Source: the human T2T-CHM13v2.0 reference genome, Homo sapiens. Taken from it: a DNA stretch of 64,000 bases. A model generated the notes under the pieces. It ran no database searches and had not been told where the DNA came from. It saw only the letters and a program-made list of their open reading frames with translations. The stretch lies in the NCBI RefSeq assembly GCF_009914755.1, contig NC_060928.1; one strand, 5' to 3'. Shown here piece after piece: positions 29,950 to 42,999 of the stretch. The position numbers and the translations under genes are program-made. The stretch's first letter is position 1. Every line of letters starts with the position of its first letter.

Positions 29950-32900
29950 TGACCAAACTGTTTTAGACACATGTGGGAATCTGAAGGAAGTCAGGGAGGT
30001 TGAGTCAGAAATCTTTTTGAGTTCAGTTTTGAGGAGGCCATTGCAATGGCCAGAGGCCTGTGGATGATGGGAGCATGGAAGGCCTACTAAATACCTTGAC
30101 TATTAGCACTTGGTTGAATAGTTTTTGCAATCAAAGGTGTACTGTTGTCAGACTGTAAATCATCCAGAAAGCCAAAAGCTTATCACAGAGAAGTTTGAAG
30201 GGCCACTGTGGTGTGAGTAGTTGGCTGTACACACTGCAACAGCAACGTTGTAACCTAAAAGAGTTGTCAACAGGCTGGGCACTGTGGCTCACACCTATAA
30301 TTCCAGCTTCTTGGAAGGCTGAGGTGGGAAACCAGCCTGGGCAACATAACCAGACCCCATTGCTACTAAAAAAATTTAAAAATTAGCTGGGCATGGTGGT
30401 GCAAGCCTGTAGTTCCAGCTATTTATGAGACTGAGGCAGGAAGATCTCTTGAGACCAGGAATTTGAGGCTGCAGAGAGCCAGGATCACACCACTGTACTC
30501 CATCCTGGGCGACAGAGCAAGACCCTGTCTCTAAAAAACAACAACAAAAAAAATTATATATATAAAAAAAGTATCAATAATGGTAAGGCACCCCCAATAG
30601 GTACCAGAAGGGGCCAAAGGTTCAATTTATTCAATCTGCCAGGAGTTTACAGAGACAACACCCTGTGAAATGTGGCCTCTCTTGCCACAAGACAAATGGG
30701 TCCATTTGTGACAGGCTCCACAGTCTGGCATGCAGCAGTAGCCTCTCCATTGGAAACAAAGAGTCCTTTACTGTGTGCCAAGTCTATAACGGTGGATGTT
30801 GCCACATCTTATACAATGATGATGGATCGAGGTGGCAGTGGTGGCAGGGTGGATGGTACAGGCTCAAGTTTGGTCCCCGTTGGTCCCACAAGAGAATGGG
30901 CCTTTAATGTGGGTGTTTATGTGAGTGATCCAGGCGGTTCCAGCAGCAGCCACAATTTGTTCTCACAATTCAAAGTTCACAGTTCATTGGTCCAAAGATA
31001 GTTGTCTTTAATGTATAGTTTTCAAAGTGGCATCTAAGCCACCAACGATCACCAGAGAGTCAGTAAAATCATAACTAGCTTCATCAAAAGGAGTACTGGC
31101 CAGAGTGATGAGAATGCTCCTGTTTTCTGCCCGCACAGGAGAACGACCACCTCTATTTTTGGTTCTGCATAGCTGGTGCTAAAGCTGAACAGACACAATA
31201 GTCCAGTGACACTGTCAGGTACCAGCTTAGCCAAATCACCAGCGAAGCCGGCCCAGGCACTGAGGGGAACACTGTGAGGGCAGGACCACACTGAGCCAGC
31301 AGCTTTGCTGCAGGCGGTAGCATGGGGATGGAATTTCCCCCAAAGGAACAGCTGCCACTTTTTCACCTAAAACCAAGATACTGTGGGAGCCAGGCCAGCT
31401 GTGTTCTTGAACCTACTATTTCCATTTGACAAATGAGGTGGTTGGGGCCTTCCCACTGTGTTAGTCATGGAGTCAAAGTTGACCCACCACAAAGTGAGAA
31501 TACAGGATGAAGACTCACAGGCTTCTGAGAGTCAGGCCCTCCTTTTTGACAAGAGCCCACTAGCGAGCTCAGAGCTGCTTTTTAAAGAGGGTGGACCTGG
31601 TCACAATGTCATGGAAGCAACAAGTCCAAAATTCCAAGAGGTGGCTCTGGATGAAGCCTGACTCCTTTTGCCAGAGTCTCCAGTTGGCAAAGTCATCAGT
31701 TGCAGAGACATAGAGCTGAGGTTTCATTAGGATTGCTGAGCCCTGAAGCTGGAGAGTGTGTCTCAGCTTGCTGGACAGCTTCTAATGCAGTCTGTTTGGA
31801 CCCTGCTCATATCATGCTGATGTGATATGAGAAAAGAAACAATGGGATACCCAGTGAGGTGCACACTGTCTCCCATATCCAAAGAGTACATTAAGGTTCT
31901 GGGCATCCTTTTGGGTGATGGGGGTGGGGTGCTGAAGAGATAGCAATTTTTCCCTGACTACCAGTGTGGCTGTAAATAGTCCCAGGAAACTTTGCCTGGT
32001 GAGCTAGTTCCTGGATTTTGTCAGGTTTTATCAGCTTCACCTGCTGGCAGCTTCACCTGCTGGCATGCTAATACCATTCTCAAGGTCACTGAGACGGGCA
32101 CTTATGGCTTGCCAACCAACAGGACGTCATCTACATAACCAAAGCTATGGACATCAGAGGGTAGAGGCCCTTGCACTAAATTCTGACCCCTCCTCTCCAC
32201 TAGTAGCAAGTGGCAGAGAAATTTAGGTGCTCATGGAAGACTACTGCAAATGTATACTGGAGGCTTTGAAATGTGAATGGGAACTGTTTATGATGCTTAG
32301 GTGCCAGTGGTATGGCAAAGAAGCCATTGGTAAGCATGCCAAGTGCCATTGGTCTGCGTAATGGATTCAATTACAGTTACAATGTCTGGAACAGCTGGGA
32401 TATGGAATCAGCAACTGAATTCAGTGGGCAATAATCTACTGCAAGCCTCTGCCTCTTGTTAGCCTTTTTTCCTGGCCATACAGGCCTGTTGTATACAATC
32501 CTTACTGCCTTTAAATTCTTAATCAAGATTATTCTCCCCCTTGGGAGTCTATATTGTTTCTGTTGGAACACCCCAAAGGGTGCAGGGAGGGGTCTGCAGA
32601 GCAATGTATGTGTTTCACTAACTTGTCTCTAAATGTGACTCTTCTGAATCAGGAGAACCCCCTCTAGACAGTTACAATACAAGGATGTAAAACATTAATA
32701 ATAATTATGCATTCAGCAGTGGAGTCCACAACAGCACACATAAATTGGCTCAAAGGGCTCTGGCACAAGGCCACTGTAGCTTTCCTTCTCCACTGCAAAT
32801 CTTGCCCAAATTCCATTGGTTAAGTTGGGAATTCTCTCTTTCCACAGGACCAGAGAGGACAGTGACTTGGGACCTGTATCTAATAGGTATCTAATAGATC
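29950..32900 (-). pseudogene. pol: HERVL40-type pro-pol remnant
   Basis: LDTG (~32873-32884), PVWPGKK..DY, NGFFAIPL..QFPFTF, YVDD (32126-32137), integrase WQIE*IEPL and LQSDNST. Confidence 0.85.
30273..30570 (+). mobile_element. Alu (AluJ-like, internal deletion) in integrase
   Basis: ggctgggcactgtggctcacacc...; left arm shortened. Confidence 0.9.
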
Positions 32901-33580
32901 CATAAAATTGGAAGTCTCTCCTTTCCCCTCAAATCTCCAGCACACTTGGACAGATGAGTATGACCTTTGAGGCCTGATGTGGACCAGGGAGACCTTAGCT
33001 TCACCTCTAATTGTTTTTCTCATTAAAGTGGTTAAGCTGAAGTAGAGGAGGAGGAAAGCAATGAGTCATGAAGGAGAGAGTGGCTCTGCCCATTAAAAAA
33101 AGCTTTGCATTTACTTTTGTAGAGCATGGCTCATTACTCCAGCCCAATGAACTTGCATTGCCTTTGGCATTCACAGGGTTCCACATTGGATGGCAATGTC
33201 CTTGTGGCTGATATCATTTATTTCAAAAGGCAGAAGAACCTTCTGCCCACCCACAACAAATCTTGGTACTAGTAGTTACAATGGGGTGGACCTGAGGCTG
33301 CTCTCAGATTGGCAAGGAAGCCCTCCATCTGGAGGGTAGTTAGCAACAACCAAGGTAGTTGGGGAGTTGTCTTTGAATTTACTTCCTGGTGTTCAGCCTG
33401 CAACCAGCTTCCCGATTTCTCCTCATAAACAGGCAATGAAGTGGAAGACCATTGATTGTCCTGTTGACCACAAAATGGAGTCAACATGCCTCTGCCAACT
33501 CCCATGGGCTCCATTAGGTCCCATTATCTCACTTACAAGACCCTTGCTTTCCTGTTCCAGCAGCCACGTCTCCGTCAGCC

Positions 33581-33597
33581 TCCCATCCTCATCTCCA
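33581..33597 (-). promoter_or_regulatory. Primer binding site, tRNA-Ser-like
   Basis: Minus strand TGGAGATGAGGATGGGA 4 nt after the LTR end; 15/17 match to recalled tRNA-Ser(GCT) complement TGGCGACGAGGATGGGA. Confidence 0.7.
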
Positions 33598-33601
33598 GAA
33601 T

Positions 33602-34011
33602 TGTCAAGAACTGTGACGGGTCTGAGATTTTAGCGTACTCACAAGTTAACAAGTTAGCCTGGTACAGTTTCATAGATGCTAAGGGACCATTTATTACAGC
33701 ACTAGAAGTAGCCTTAGTATCAGCATTTTTTCACAGGTTCCCTGGTCCCCAATTCCTACAGGGTGACACAAAGAGGTCCAGATGACATCTTGGGTTGTGT
33801 TCTAGGAGAGGAACCCTGAGCTTAGGGAACCTACATTTTAGGTGGACAACAAGCATACCCGCCCTTTGCTCTAAACAGAGACATTCTATCTCCTAAGGCG
33901 GTTCACTAAGCAAACCTCCGTGAAGAGAGAGTCCAGATCAAAGGGTGGTCAATGTCTGCCTCACAAGATGTGCAGACACACTGGAGACCCACAGAGAATT
34001 GCCTCCCAAAA
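33602..34011 (-). mobile_element. 5' LTR (LTR40-like)
   Basis: Minus strand ...ttccctaagctcagggttcctctcc...aatctcagacccgtcacagttcttgaca. Confidence 0.88.
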
Positions 34012-34227
34012 ATGCTTATTTTCATTTTATTCTTTCAGGTGTTCACAGTTATTTTGAAATATATCTCTGTGGCCTAAAATATTAAAGACAATGCAACAAA
34101 ATTTGTACTATCAAAATCATTGGGAGAGAATATTAAATCTTCACCTGCAGAATGACTCTAAGATGGGTAATGATGATGCACCTAAGAAATAGCTGAGCAA
34201 TATCTTTTATGGGCTTTTAAAAAAGGA

Positions 34228-34440
34228 AACCTTTTATTTTGAGGTAACTGTTCATTCACATGTAATTGTTAGAAATAAAACAGGAGATCCCATATACCCT
34301 TTAACCAGTTTTCCCCAATGGTAACATCTTGCAAAACTATAGTACAATGTCACAACCAAGATATTGACATGGATAAAGCCAAGATATAGAACATTCCATC
34401 ACCACCAGGATCCTGGATGTTGCCTTTTCATAGCAGCAAT
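34228..34440 (-). mobile_element. L1MC 3' end fragment
   Basis: ccagttttccccaatggtaacatcttgcaaaactatagtacaat. Confidence 0.7.
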
Positions 34441-34549
34441 ATCTTAACCCATCTTCCTGGTTGTAAGGTAAATCAGTGCCTTAGCTAATTAGACTGCCAC
34501 AGATCAAAGAGATAGGATTGTTTACACCAATACCAGAAAAACATTTTAC

Positions 34550-34650
34550 AAATTATTTTTGTAAATATATGTAGAATATATTTCACATATTTTTGTAAAT
34601 ATAAGTAAAATATATTTCACATATTATTTTTGTAAATATAAGTAATATGT
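34550..34650. repeat. AT-rich minisatellite (~33-37-bp unit, ~2.5 copies)
   Basis: tttttgtaaatata.gta.aatatatttcacata repeated. Confidence 0.8.
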
Positions 34651-36204
34651 GTTTTATATATTAGAACATACAGTAACAAAGTAGATTAAAAAAAAACCTC
34701 CACCACTATTTACCAATTTGGTGTATTTTCTTTCAATCTTTTTTTATTTGCTGAGAGAGAGAGAAATGGGAGGGGTGAGAACTAGTATTTATTACCTACA
34801 TATTTATGTATCTATCAGATATATTTTTGTTACATTCTGGAAATCAATAACATCAGTGAAAAGGAGAGAGAATTCTTACCCCCTGTTCCTTTAACCTTTA
34901 CCGAAGAAAGGCAATGGGTGGGGCAGCACGTTTTATGGGCAGTTTGTCAGATCTCCAAGACTCTAAGGAATTACAGTGACCCCACACAGCAGGCACAGGG
35001 ACTGTCCAGCCACAGGTGGATGGCCAGGGATATCCGCAGGGGCTGAAAGAGAAGCACTCCCACCAGCTTCTGGGTTTGGTCAGCAACTGGTGAGAGACTG
35101 GACAGCTGAAGAATGTGCCCCCAGTGGAACATTTTCAATAACCATTAGGCTTCCAATAAAAAGAAGTTAGAAGCAACAGTGTGAAAGATGTGACTGTTTC
35201 CTCAGAGGTCAAAGCATGAGTCACTGTGAATTAGGCAGTCAAGGGATGGCCCTTTTTTGTGCACTCACCCCCCTGTCATCAACCAGAGTCATTGTTCTTC
35301 TGAATAACCCCCCCGTTTCAATGCCAGGGGGTTCACATCTGGTGGTGACAGGAGAGTTTTGCCAACAGGATTCCAAATGTCAGCAGGCTGACTGGTCAAT
35401 GCTTACTCAGGCAAGCCTTCCCAGTGAAGCCATAATTACCTCCCGCTCTCAGAATAGGATTAACAAATGCAGTTATTTGTGTATGATCCTTTTACATACA
35501 ACCTCATGCATTTTACTCATGCCAGTTAATATTTCCCATTAGAAAAATCCTCTTATATGAATGCCATGATAAATAAATTATTGGCATTTTAAAAAAACCT
35601 TGTTAACCAGAAATGGCCGCAAGGGTGAAAGTGTTTATACCTTCATACAATAATGCATTTCTCTTTTTATTTTAAGACTGTTTCCTTTCATTCAGTTTAT
35701 GAGTAAGGCTGGGAATCAATTAAGTTTTAAGTGCAAAGACAAGGGATATGATTCCTAAAAATAAAAGAAGATAATTTAGGTGTACTTTAGAGGTAATTAT
35801 AGCAGGATTTTGTTCAAAAGTTTCCCAATATAACTATGTGACTTGTGAAAACCTATCTCAACACTAGTTTCATCACCTATAAACTGGAGGTAATTCACGC
35901 CAACCTCACAGAGATGTTTTGATTCAGTAATGAGTCTTGTCTTTTGTGGCAGTTCTAGAAGCTCCAAGGACAGGTGCTGCCAACTGTCCCAATTTAGCCT
36001 GTGGCAGTCCTGCAAGTGAAAATCTCAAGTTCACCCACTGGTCCTGGTCCTTATCAGGAAAAGGGGGCTAAACTGATGTTTCAAACTAAATATGATTAAC
36101 CAGCTGGCGATTATGAGCAAGGCAAACACTCTCCAAGCCTCCCTTAATCTATAAAATGAATGTGGAGAGGGAAGTAGTAGCTAGATGATATCAGAGACAC
36201 CTGA

Positions 36205-36355
36205 CAGCATATTAGACTCATTTAGGGATATTTAAACCGCTAGTGTCCTGACCACACCTGACACCAATTAAATTGAAATCTGTGGGGTTTAATCAGCATC
36301 AGTGGTTTTTAAACTCCCCAGGTGATTACACTAAACAGCCAAGATTGAGAACCAT
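36205..36355. mobile_element. MER5A-like MITE
   Basis: aactccccaggtgatt...cagccaagattgagaacca. Confidence 0.6.
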
Positions 36356-36536
36356 ACGACTGGATATGTAAGTCACCGTTCCACTCCAAAATTCAATGAT
36401 TCTAAATAAAATATTTGAAGCATTCTAAAAAATAAGACATTATTAATGTTATTGTGGTCACTGGGCCATACATTTCCAATGCAGACACCACAGTATTTGA
36501 CTTTAAAAGAGAAAGTTGAAATAAAGTTTAAAAAAA

Positions 36537-36824
36537 GGCTGAATGCAGTGGCTCATACCTGTAATCCTAGCACTTTGGGAGGCCGAGACGGGCGTATCAC
36601 TTGAGCTCAGGAGTGTGAGACCAGCCCGGGCAACATGGGGGAAACCGTCTCTACCAAAAATACAAAAAAGGTAGCCAGGCACAGTGGCAAGTACCTGTGG
36701 TCCCAGCTACTCGGGAGGCTGAGGCGAGTGGATTGCTTGGGCCCGGTAGGCGGAGGATACAGCAAGCCGCTGCACTCGAGCCTGAACGAGAGTAAGCCTG
36801 TCTCAAACAAAAAAAAAAAAAAAA
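36537..36824 (+). mobile_element. Alu (AluJ-like)
   Basis: Diverged sense Alu with poly-A. Confidence 0.9.
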
Positions 36825-36853
36825 AGACCACAGTATTCTCCATAGAGTGAAGT

Positions 36854-37234
36854 TGTCAGACATGGAGATAGCGGGACTGTGACAGGATAAGATTCTTTAT
36901 AGAGGGATTATGCCTCGTAGTCCTCAAACCTGCTTCAACTGTTATAATCTCTGACCAAGATTACAATAGGGCAAGATCTGTGAGTAATGATGGTTGCTGA
37001 TGCAAGCAATGTGGCTTTGGGAAACTAATTTCATTGTATTAATCTTATTAATCTCATCAGTATAGGAGGCGTCAGACCACATTGTGTTATCTCAGTGGTG
37101 CACTCCAGCTTTAACCTGTAGAGAAAAGAATAAACCTCAGTAAACCTCGTGTCTTGTTTGCTGGCTCCAGTTCTCCTTCGGCCTCTTGAACGCGGTGCCA
37201 TCCCTATCCAACTCGATAGAGGTCTGGCAGGACA
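36854..37234 (+). mobile_element. Probable ERVL solo LTR (LTR47-like), 5' boundary uncertain
   Basis: AATAAA then cctcgtgtcttgtttgctggctcc...ggtgccatccct...ggcaggaca LTR-type 3' end. Confidence 0.4.
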
Positions 37235-37656
37235 ATCATCTACAAGAATAATGAGTTCATAAATCCCAATAAAACATAACATTCTATCAAGAGCAAAATG
37301 CAGTTCAGAATTATGTTTCTGTTGATAAACTATAACTATATTTGAGTTATCACTAAAATTTTAACCAGGAAATGAAAAGTTTTAAAGTGTGTTTTTATGT
37401 ATGTACATTTTAATAGAACACAAAGATTCTATATGGATCAAAATTTCTCCAGCTTGATTGATAGTTTTTCTGTAGAATATATAAAATGAATAACACTTCT
37501 TTTCTTTTTAATTGAATGAATATAAGTTTATATATTTTAATTAAGTTGAAACTTCTTTCTCCTTTTTCTGCTTTATTTTACATAGAGTGTGCTATTCATA
37601 GTGAAACTTAAATAGATTGTAGACTATTGGTCAAGGTTGTACCCAAACTAGAGGGG

Positions 37657-38040
37657 TGTATTAGTTCGTTCTTGTACTGCTATAAAGAAATACCTGAGAC
37701 TGGGTAATTGTTCCATAAGCTGTATAGGAAGCATGGCGACATCTGCTTCTGAGGAGCCCTTGGGGAGGTTTTACTCATGGCAGAAGGCAAACCCAGAGCA
37801 GGTGTCTTATGTAGCAGGAGCAGGACCAAGAGAGAGAAGGGGGAGGTGCTACACACTTTTAAACACCCAGATCTCACAAGAACTCACTATCATGAGAACA
37901 GCATCAAGGGGATAGTGCTAAACCATTCATGAGAACTCTCCCCCATGATCCCACCACCTCCCACCAGGGCCCACCTCCAACACTGGGGAATTACAACTGA
38001 AGATGAGATTTGGGTGGGGACATAGATCCAAATGGTATCA
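37657..38040 (-). mobile_element. MST (MaLR) solo LTR
   Basis: tgtattagttcg...ctataaagaaatacctgagactgggt...atca; TSD agggg. Confidence 0.88.
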
Positions 38041-38179
38041 AGGGGGAATGCAGCTGTCTGTAGTGACTGATAAGGCTTTGGTTTATATCCCATTAGGGAG
38101 AGGTTAAATGTGTTTTTTGTTGTATGTTTTGGTTAGATAAAATCCTTTTAAAAAATGTAGGTATGAGGTAAAAGGTACG

Positions 38180-38735
38180 TGTGGCTTTTGCCTATCCAGG
38201 ATCTGAACCCTGTCTCTGTGTTTGGGAAATTCTCCACTGGCTGTGTGTGGAAAGGAGCAGATCCCGCCTTTTGACTGGAAAGATGGAAAAGACCAGATCA
38301 CAGAAAGATGAGAAAAAAGCCAGCACTCATTTTCCCAGGCTGCCTTGCAACTTGAGAATGATCACATGACCTAGCTCAGCCACTGAGAGGCTTCAATCCA
38401 GAACTTCGAATCAGAAACAGTGATACAAAGAAAAGGAGGCTGTGGAGAATTTATTCTTTTGGCAGCAGTGGCAGCAACACTCTGTTTCCACAGATGGCAG
38501 GGGCAGCAGTCCTGCACTGCTGCTGGTGGAGTGATGGCTTTAGCACAGGGATCCAGGGTTTAGAGCAGCAAGCGTCCTCCCTACACTGGCTCTTTGCTGT
38601 GACTTAGACTATAGTTCCAGCCGCCTGGCTGAACTAGGTTCCTGAAGATTTCTCAGATATGGTTTCCAACACTCCTGCTGACTTCATGACCTTCCCAATA
38701 TCCTTTAAATAAATTCCTTTTCTACCTGTAATTTA
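38180..38735 (+). mobile_element. LTR33-like ERVL LTR
   Basis: ttttcccaggctgccttgcaacttgag...cacatgacctag...aataaattccttttct. Confidence 0.6.
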
Positions 38736-38929
38736 AAAAACCCGGCATAGTAAGGCTATAGCAATAACTTTGATGAGCATACTTTTAGGGGTAAAATAGC
38801 ACAGAGAACAGGGAAATCCTCCATTATTTTGTTTTGTCAAAGGAATGGACAAGGTGCTTTGGTCTTTTGTTTTTCTTTTAACTTCCTTTTCCAACCAATG
38901 TTTGTGGCCATGAAAGACTCTCTCCCTCT

Positions 38930-39092
38930 GTTTCTCTCTCTATATATATACATATATATATACACGTGTATATATATGTGCGTATATATGTACATATATA
39001 TACACATATGCATATGTATATGTATACACATATGCATATGTATATGTATACACAAACATATATATATACACATATATATGTATATATATATA
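38930..39092. repeat. (TA)/(CA) low-complexity microsatellite
   Basis: Degenerate tatatacacatatg runs. Confidence 0.95.
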
Positions 39093-39095
39093 AAA

Positions 39096-39465
39096 TATAG
39101 TTTGGCTCTGCGTCCCCAGCCAAATCTCATCTCAAATTGTAATCCCCATAATCCCCATATGTCAAGGGAGAGACCAGTTGGGAGGTGACTAAATCACAGG
39201 GGTGGTTTCCCCTATGCTGTTATCAGGATAGTGAGTGAGTTCTCACGAGATCTGATGGCTTTATAAGTGTTTGATGGTTCCCCCTGCACATGCTCTCTCT
39301 CACCTGTTGCCATGTGAGACATGGCTGCTTCCCCTTCTGCCATGATTGTAAGTTTCCTTAGGCCTCCCCAGCCATGCAAAACTGTGAGTCAATTAAACCT
39401 CCTTTGTTTATAAATTACCCAGTCTTGGGTAATATCTTTATAGCAGTGTAAAAATGAACTAATAC
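39096..39465 (+). mobile_element. THE1/MST-type MaLR solo LTR
   Basis: tatagtttggctctgcgtcccc...aaactgtgagtcaattaaacc...aactaataca. Confidence 0.88.
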
Positions 39466-40286
39466 AATACACATGCACACATACATATATGCATGTATAT
39501 GTATTTCCTAGTCTATTTCATAAGATTTCAGACAGCTTATACAGAAATATACAATATACCAAAATCACATTAAATGTAGACAAAAATGTATTGAAAGGAG
39601 AAAACATTCACAGACATATAAAATAGAGCCAGGAGTAAAATTAATGCCAGGACATTTACAATGATGTCCTATATAGTTGCTAAACATGAAGCAATACATT
39701 TGATTATAAGCTTCCTAGTAGCCAACAGGTATAAATGTGATCAATTACACAACACATAGTTAAAATACAAACTAGTTGCTTGTGAGAAATATATCTATTT
39801 CTATTGTTAAGACCAGATCATAATTTTCCCAAGGGTCTTTAATAGGGTATAGTGTAAGACAATTAGCACAAATCTCAACAAAGAGGGGTTGTAGGATTTT
39901 TAGTGCAGTAGGTAGCTATGTTTGGAGTTCCTGAGTTACAGTATATCTTTCACTGTCTTATATTTTGCTCATGTATATGCAGCCATGTCACATGTGCACT
40001 GGGGCTGTTCAAGATAAAATCTGAAAGAAGTAAAAGGGAAACTTACAAATATTGGGCGCTTGTTGTGGACCACAGACTACGCAAGACATTTTATGTAGCT
40101 TGCTTAACTTCAACAATAGTTTGAGGCAGTCCCATTTTACAGATGTATAGCCTGCAAAGTAACTTGAGCTAGGTTTCCAGGCTAGAATTCACTTCTCTCT
40201 GGAGCAAATTTCACCAGTCAAGGGATTTTCTCAGGGCATATTACTGTTTTATGTAAAAGTCTGTGATCCAAATAAGCCTCTTATTT

Positions 40287-40591
<305 letters not shown>

Positions 40592-42159
40592 CCTAAGCCT
40601 CTTATTTGTATTAATTGACTCAAGAATATTGATAAAGCTTTAACAAGTTTCTGAAGCTCCATGCTGGATGCCCTGGGAAAACAAAAGGGAACTAAGTATA
40701 GTCCCTTTCCCAACTATGGAACTCACAACTTAGTGTGTTATTCCTTGTGATGTTTTGATTAGGTGAGCATATATTTCAAATAAACATGAGAATTCCATTC
40801 CAAAGTTCTATGGTCACAAATCAAGTCTTTATTCTGTGTTGTATTACTTATTTTAAAGACTGTATTGTACTTTGTAACAGCCTTTGGCTAACATAATGAA
40901 GTAGTTGACTCTTTCTAAATTTTACATCTTCAATGTTAAAAAAGCTCTGCATTGAAAATTCATTCTCAGGCAGAAGAATGGAGAAGGAAATAAGACCTAA
41001 AATACTTATGCTATAATTCCAGGGCCCTTCAAAACCAACCCTCCCTCTTCTGTGAGCCTTTCCCTGATAGTGTGCAACAAGGATTGAAATCTACACACAG
41101 TTGCTTCTTTGAGTAACTTTAAGACAATTTGAGAACGATTGACCATAAATAGATATACATAGATAAAAATGACAGATTTCAAACTGAGTAAATATTGCTT
41201 TGGAAAACAGAAACATGGTCCTTACCGACAGAAAACAGGACATGCAAGACCTTTTGAGTTGAGGTCTTGGGTTGGAGTTTGAGCAGGCAAGGGGAAGTAA
41301 GAATAAAGGTGCGGACTATTCAGAGAAAAAAGTTAAAGAGTTGTGAGTAAAGGAGCCCAGAAGACAGATTCTACTTTTGTGAGCGAAACAGTAGACAGCA
41401 TGTTGAAGAATGGCACATAATATTATTGGGAGATGGAAGTTGGAGAGTGAGAAGCCAAAATCTGAAAAACAGAAACTATTTCCAGATCTAATCTGGAGAA
41501 AAAGCCAAAAGTATTCATCCTGTCTAAGCGAGTTTTTTCTGCTCTCCTGAATGTCTATAGATCACCTTTAATCAGGTACATTCCATTGTAAGTGTCCTAA
41601 GTTTCAACGTTCTAAGAAGCATTTTTGTGCCATCAAGAAAAAAGAATCAATTCAAATACGTCATTGTGATTCCATCAGACTGCACAACTTGGGGCTTGGA
41701 AACAATAATGGCCGCCAGTTTATGCAGCTAATTAGCTGATGACCTCTTTCAGAGTGACGTCAAGGAAGGGCATAACCAGAGTCACGAAACTGCATTTGGC
41801 AGTACAAGGAGCTGTGACTGCCAAAAGGTGGTGTTTGTTGAAGCGTGAAACGAAAGCAAAGCAAGATAAAAAGAGCTTAGTCCTTATAAAAATAGTATTG
41901 TTCTTCATTAATGAGCTCTTTTTAATCAAGTGCTCTTAATCAAGAAAGCTTTTCTCAACTAAAGTTTTACATTTCCATTTTCAGGTGAGAACCTTTCTGT
42001 GCCAAATGTAGACGTTATCAGATGAGGCTCAATAACTTTTATTGGAATGCTAGAGGGGGTTTATCATTTTAATTGCTTCTGTCTCATTAATAAAAGATAC
42101 AAACTTTATACTCAAGATAAATTTTAGTTTCTAGAATTTCCACAGGCTGTAATGGATTT

Positions 42160-42285
42160 CTTTATTCATCCAATTCAATAACCATTTATTGAATACCTAC
42201 TCTAAACGAGGCCCTGCACCAGACACTCACTAGAGATGCAGAGGTGAGTGAGACACAGTCCTGGCTCTAAGAACCTCACAAAGCC
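42160..42285 (-). mobile_element. L2 3' end
   Basis: attcaataaccatttattgaatacctact...gacacagtcctggctct. Confidence 0.6.
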
Positions 42286-42626
42286 TTTAGGGAAGAAATA
42301 TCAACTCAATCATTTTGATGCAATATAGGAAGTGCAAAAGTTTGCGGTAAATATAAAGCATTGAGGTGTTCCGAGAAAGGAGGAATGAACACTGCCTTGG
42401 GATGGGAGGAGGGAATGGAGAATGGCAAAGATTAAAGTGGCCACCACCAAATGGAAACTCAACTCCTGAATATGGCATATAAATGAAAGCAAACACCCCA
42501 ACCAGCAGGTACCAACCTTCAGCCATCTTTATATGAATTTAATAATTTTTACATATCTACATATTGTTTATAGCACTGTTTACTTGATATGATTTTTTAA
42601 GATGACTCTTTTAAAAAAATTAATTG

Positions 42627-42931
42627 GACTGGCCGCGGTGGCTCACACCTGTAATCCTAGCACTTTGGGAGGCTGAAGTGGGTGGATCACCTGAGGTGTC
42701 AGGAGTTCGAGACCAGCCTGGCCAACATGGTGAAACACTGTCTCTACTAAAAATACAAAAATTAGCCAGGCATGGTGGCAGGCACCTGTAATCCCAGCTA
42801 CTCGGAAGGCTGAGGCAGGAGAATCACTTGAACCCAGGAAGTGGAGGTTGCAGGTGAGCTGAGACCATGCTACTGCACTCCAGCCTGGGCTACAGAGCAA
42901 GACTCTGTCTCAAAACAAAACAAAACAAAAA
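42627..42931 (+). mobile_element. Alu (AluS-like)
   Basis: Sense Alu with (CAAAA)n tail. Confidence 0.95.
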
Positions 42932-42999
42932 CATTAAATTGTCTGTGATGTGCAATTACATTTCTCTAACAATATTTGCAGTGAGCAATGTTGCCTGCA

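Noticed and set aside
38829-39188. Cys/His/Ile-rich ORFs resembling metal-binding proteins
   Set aside because: Artefact of the (TA)/(CA) microsatellite
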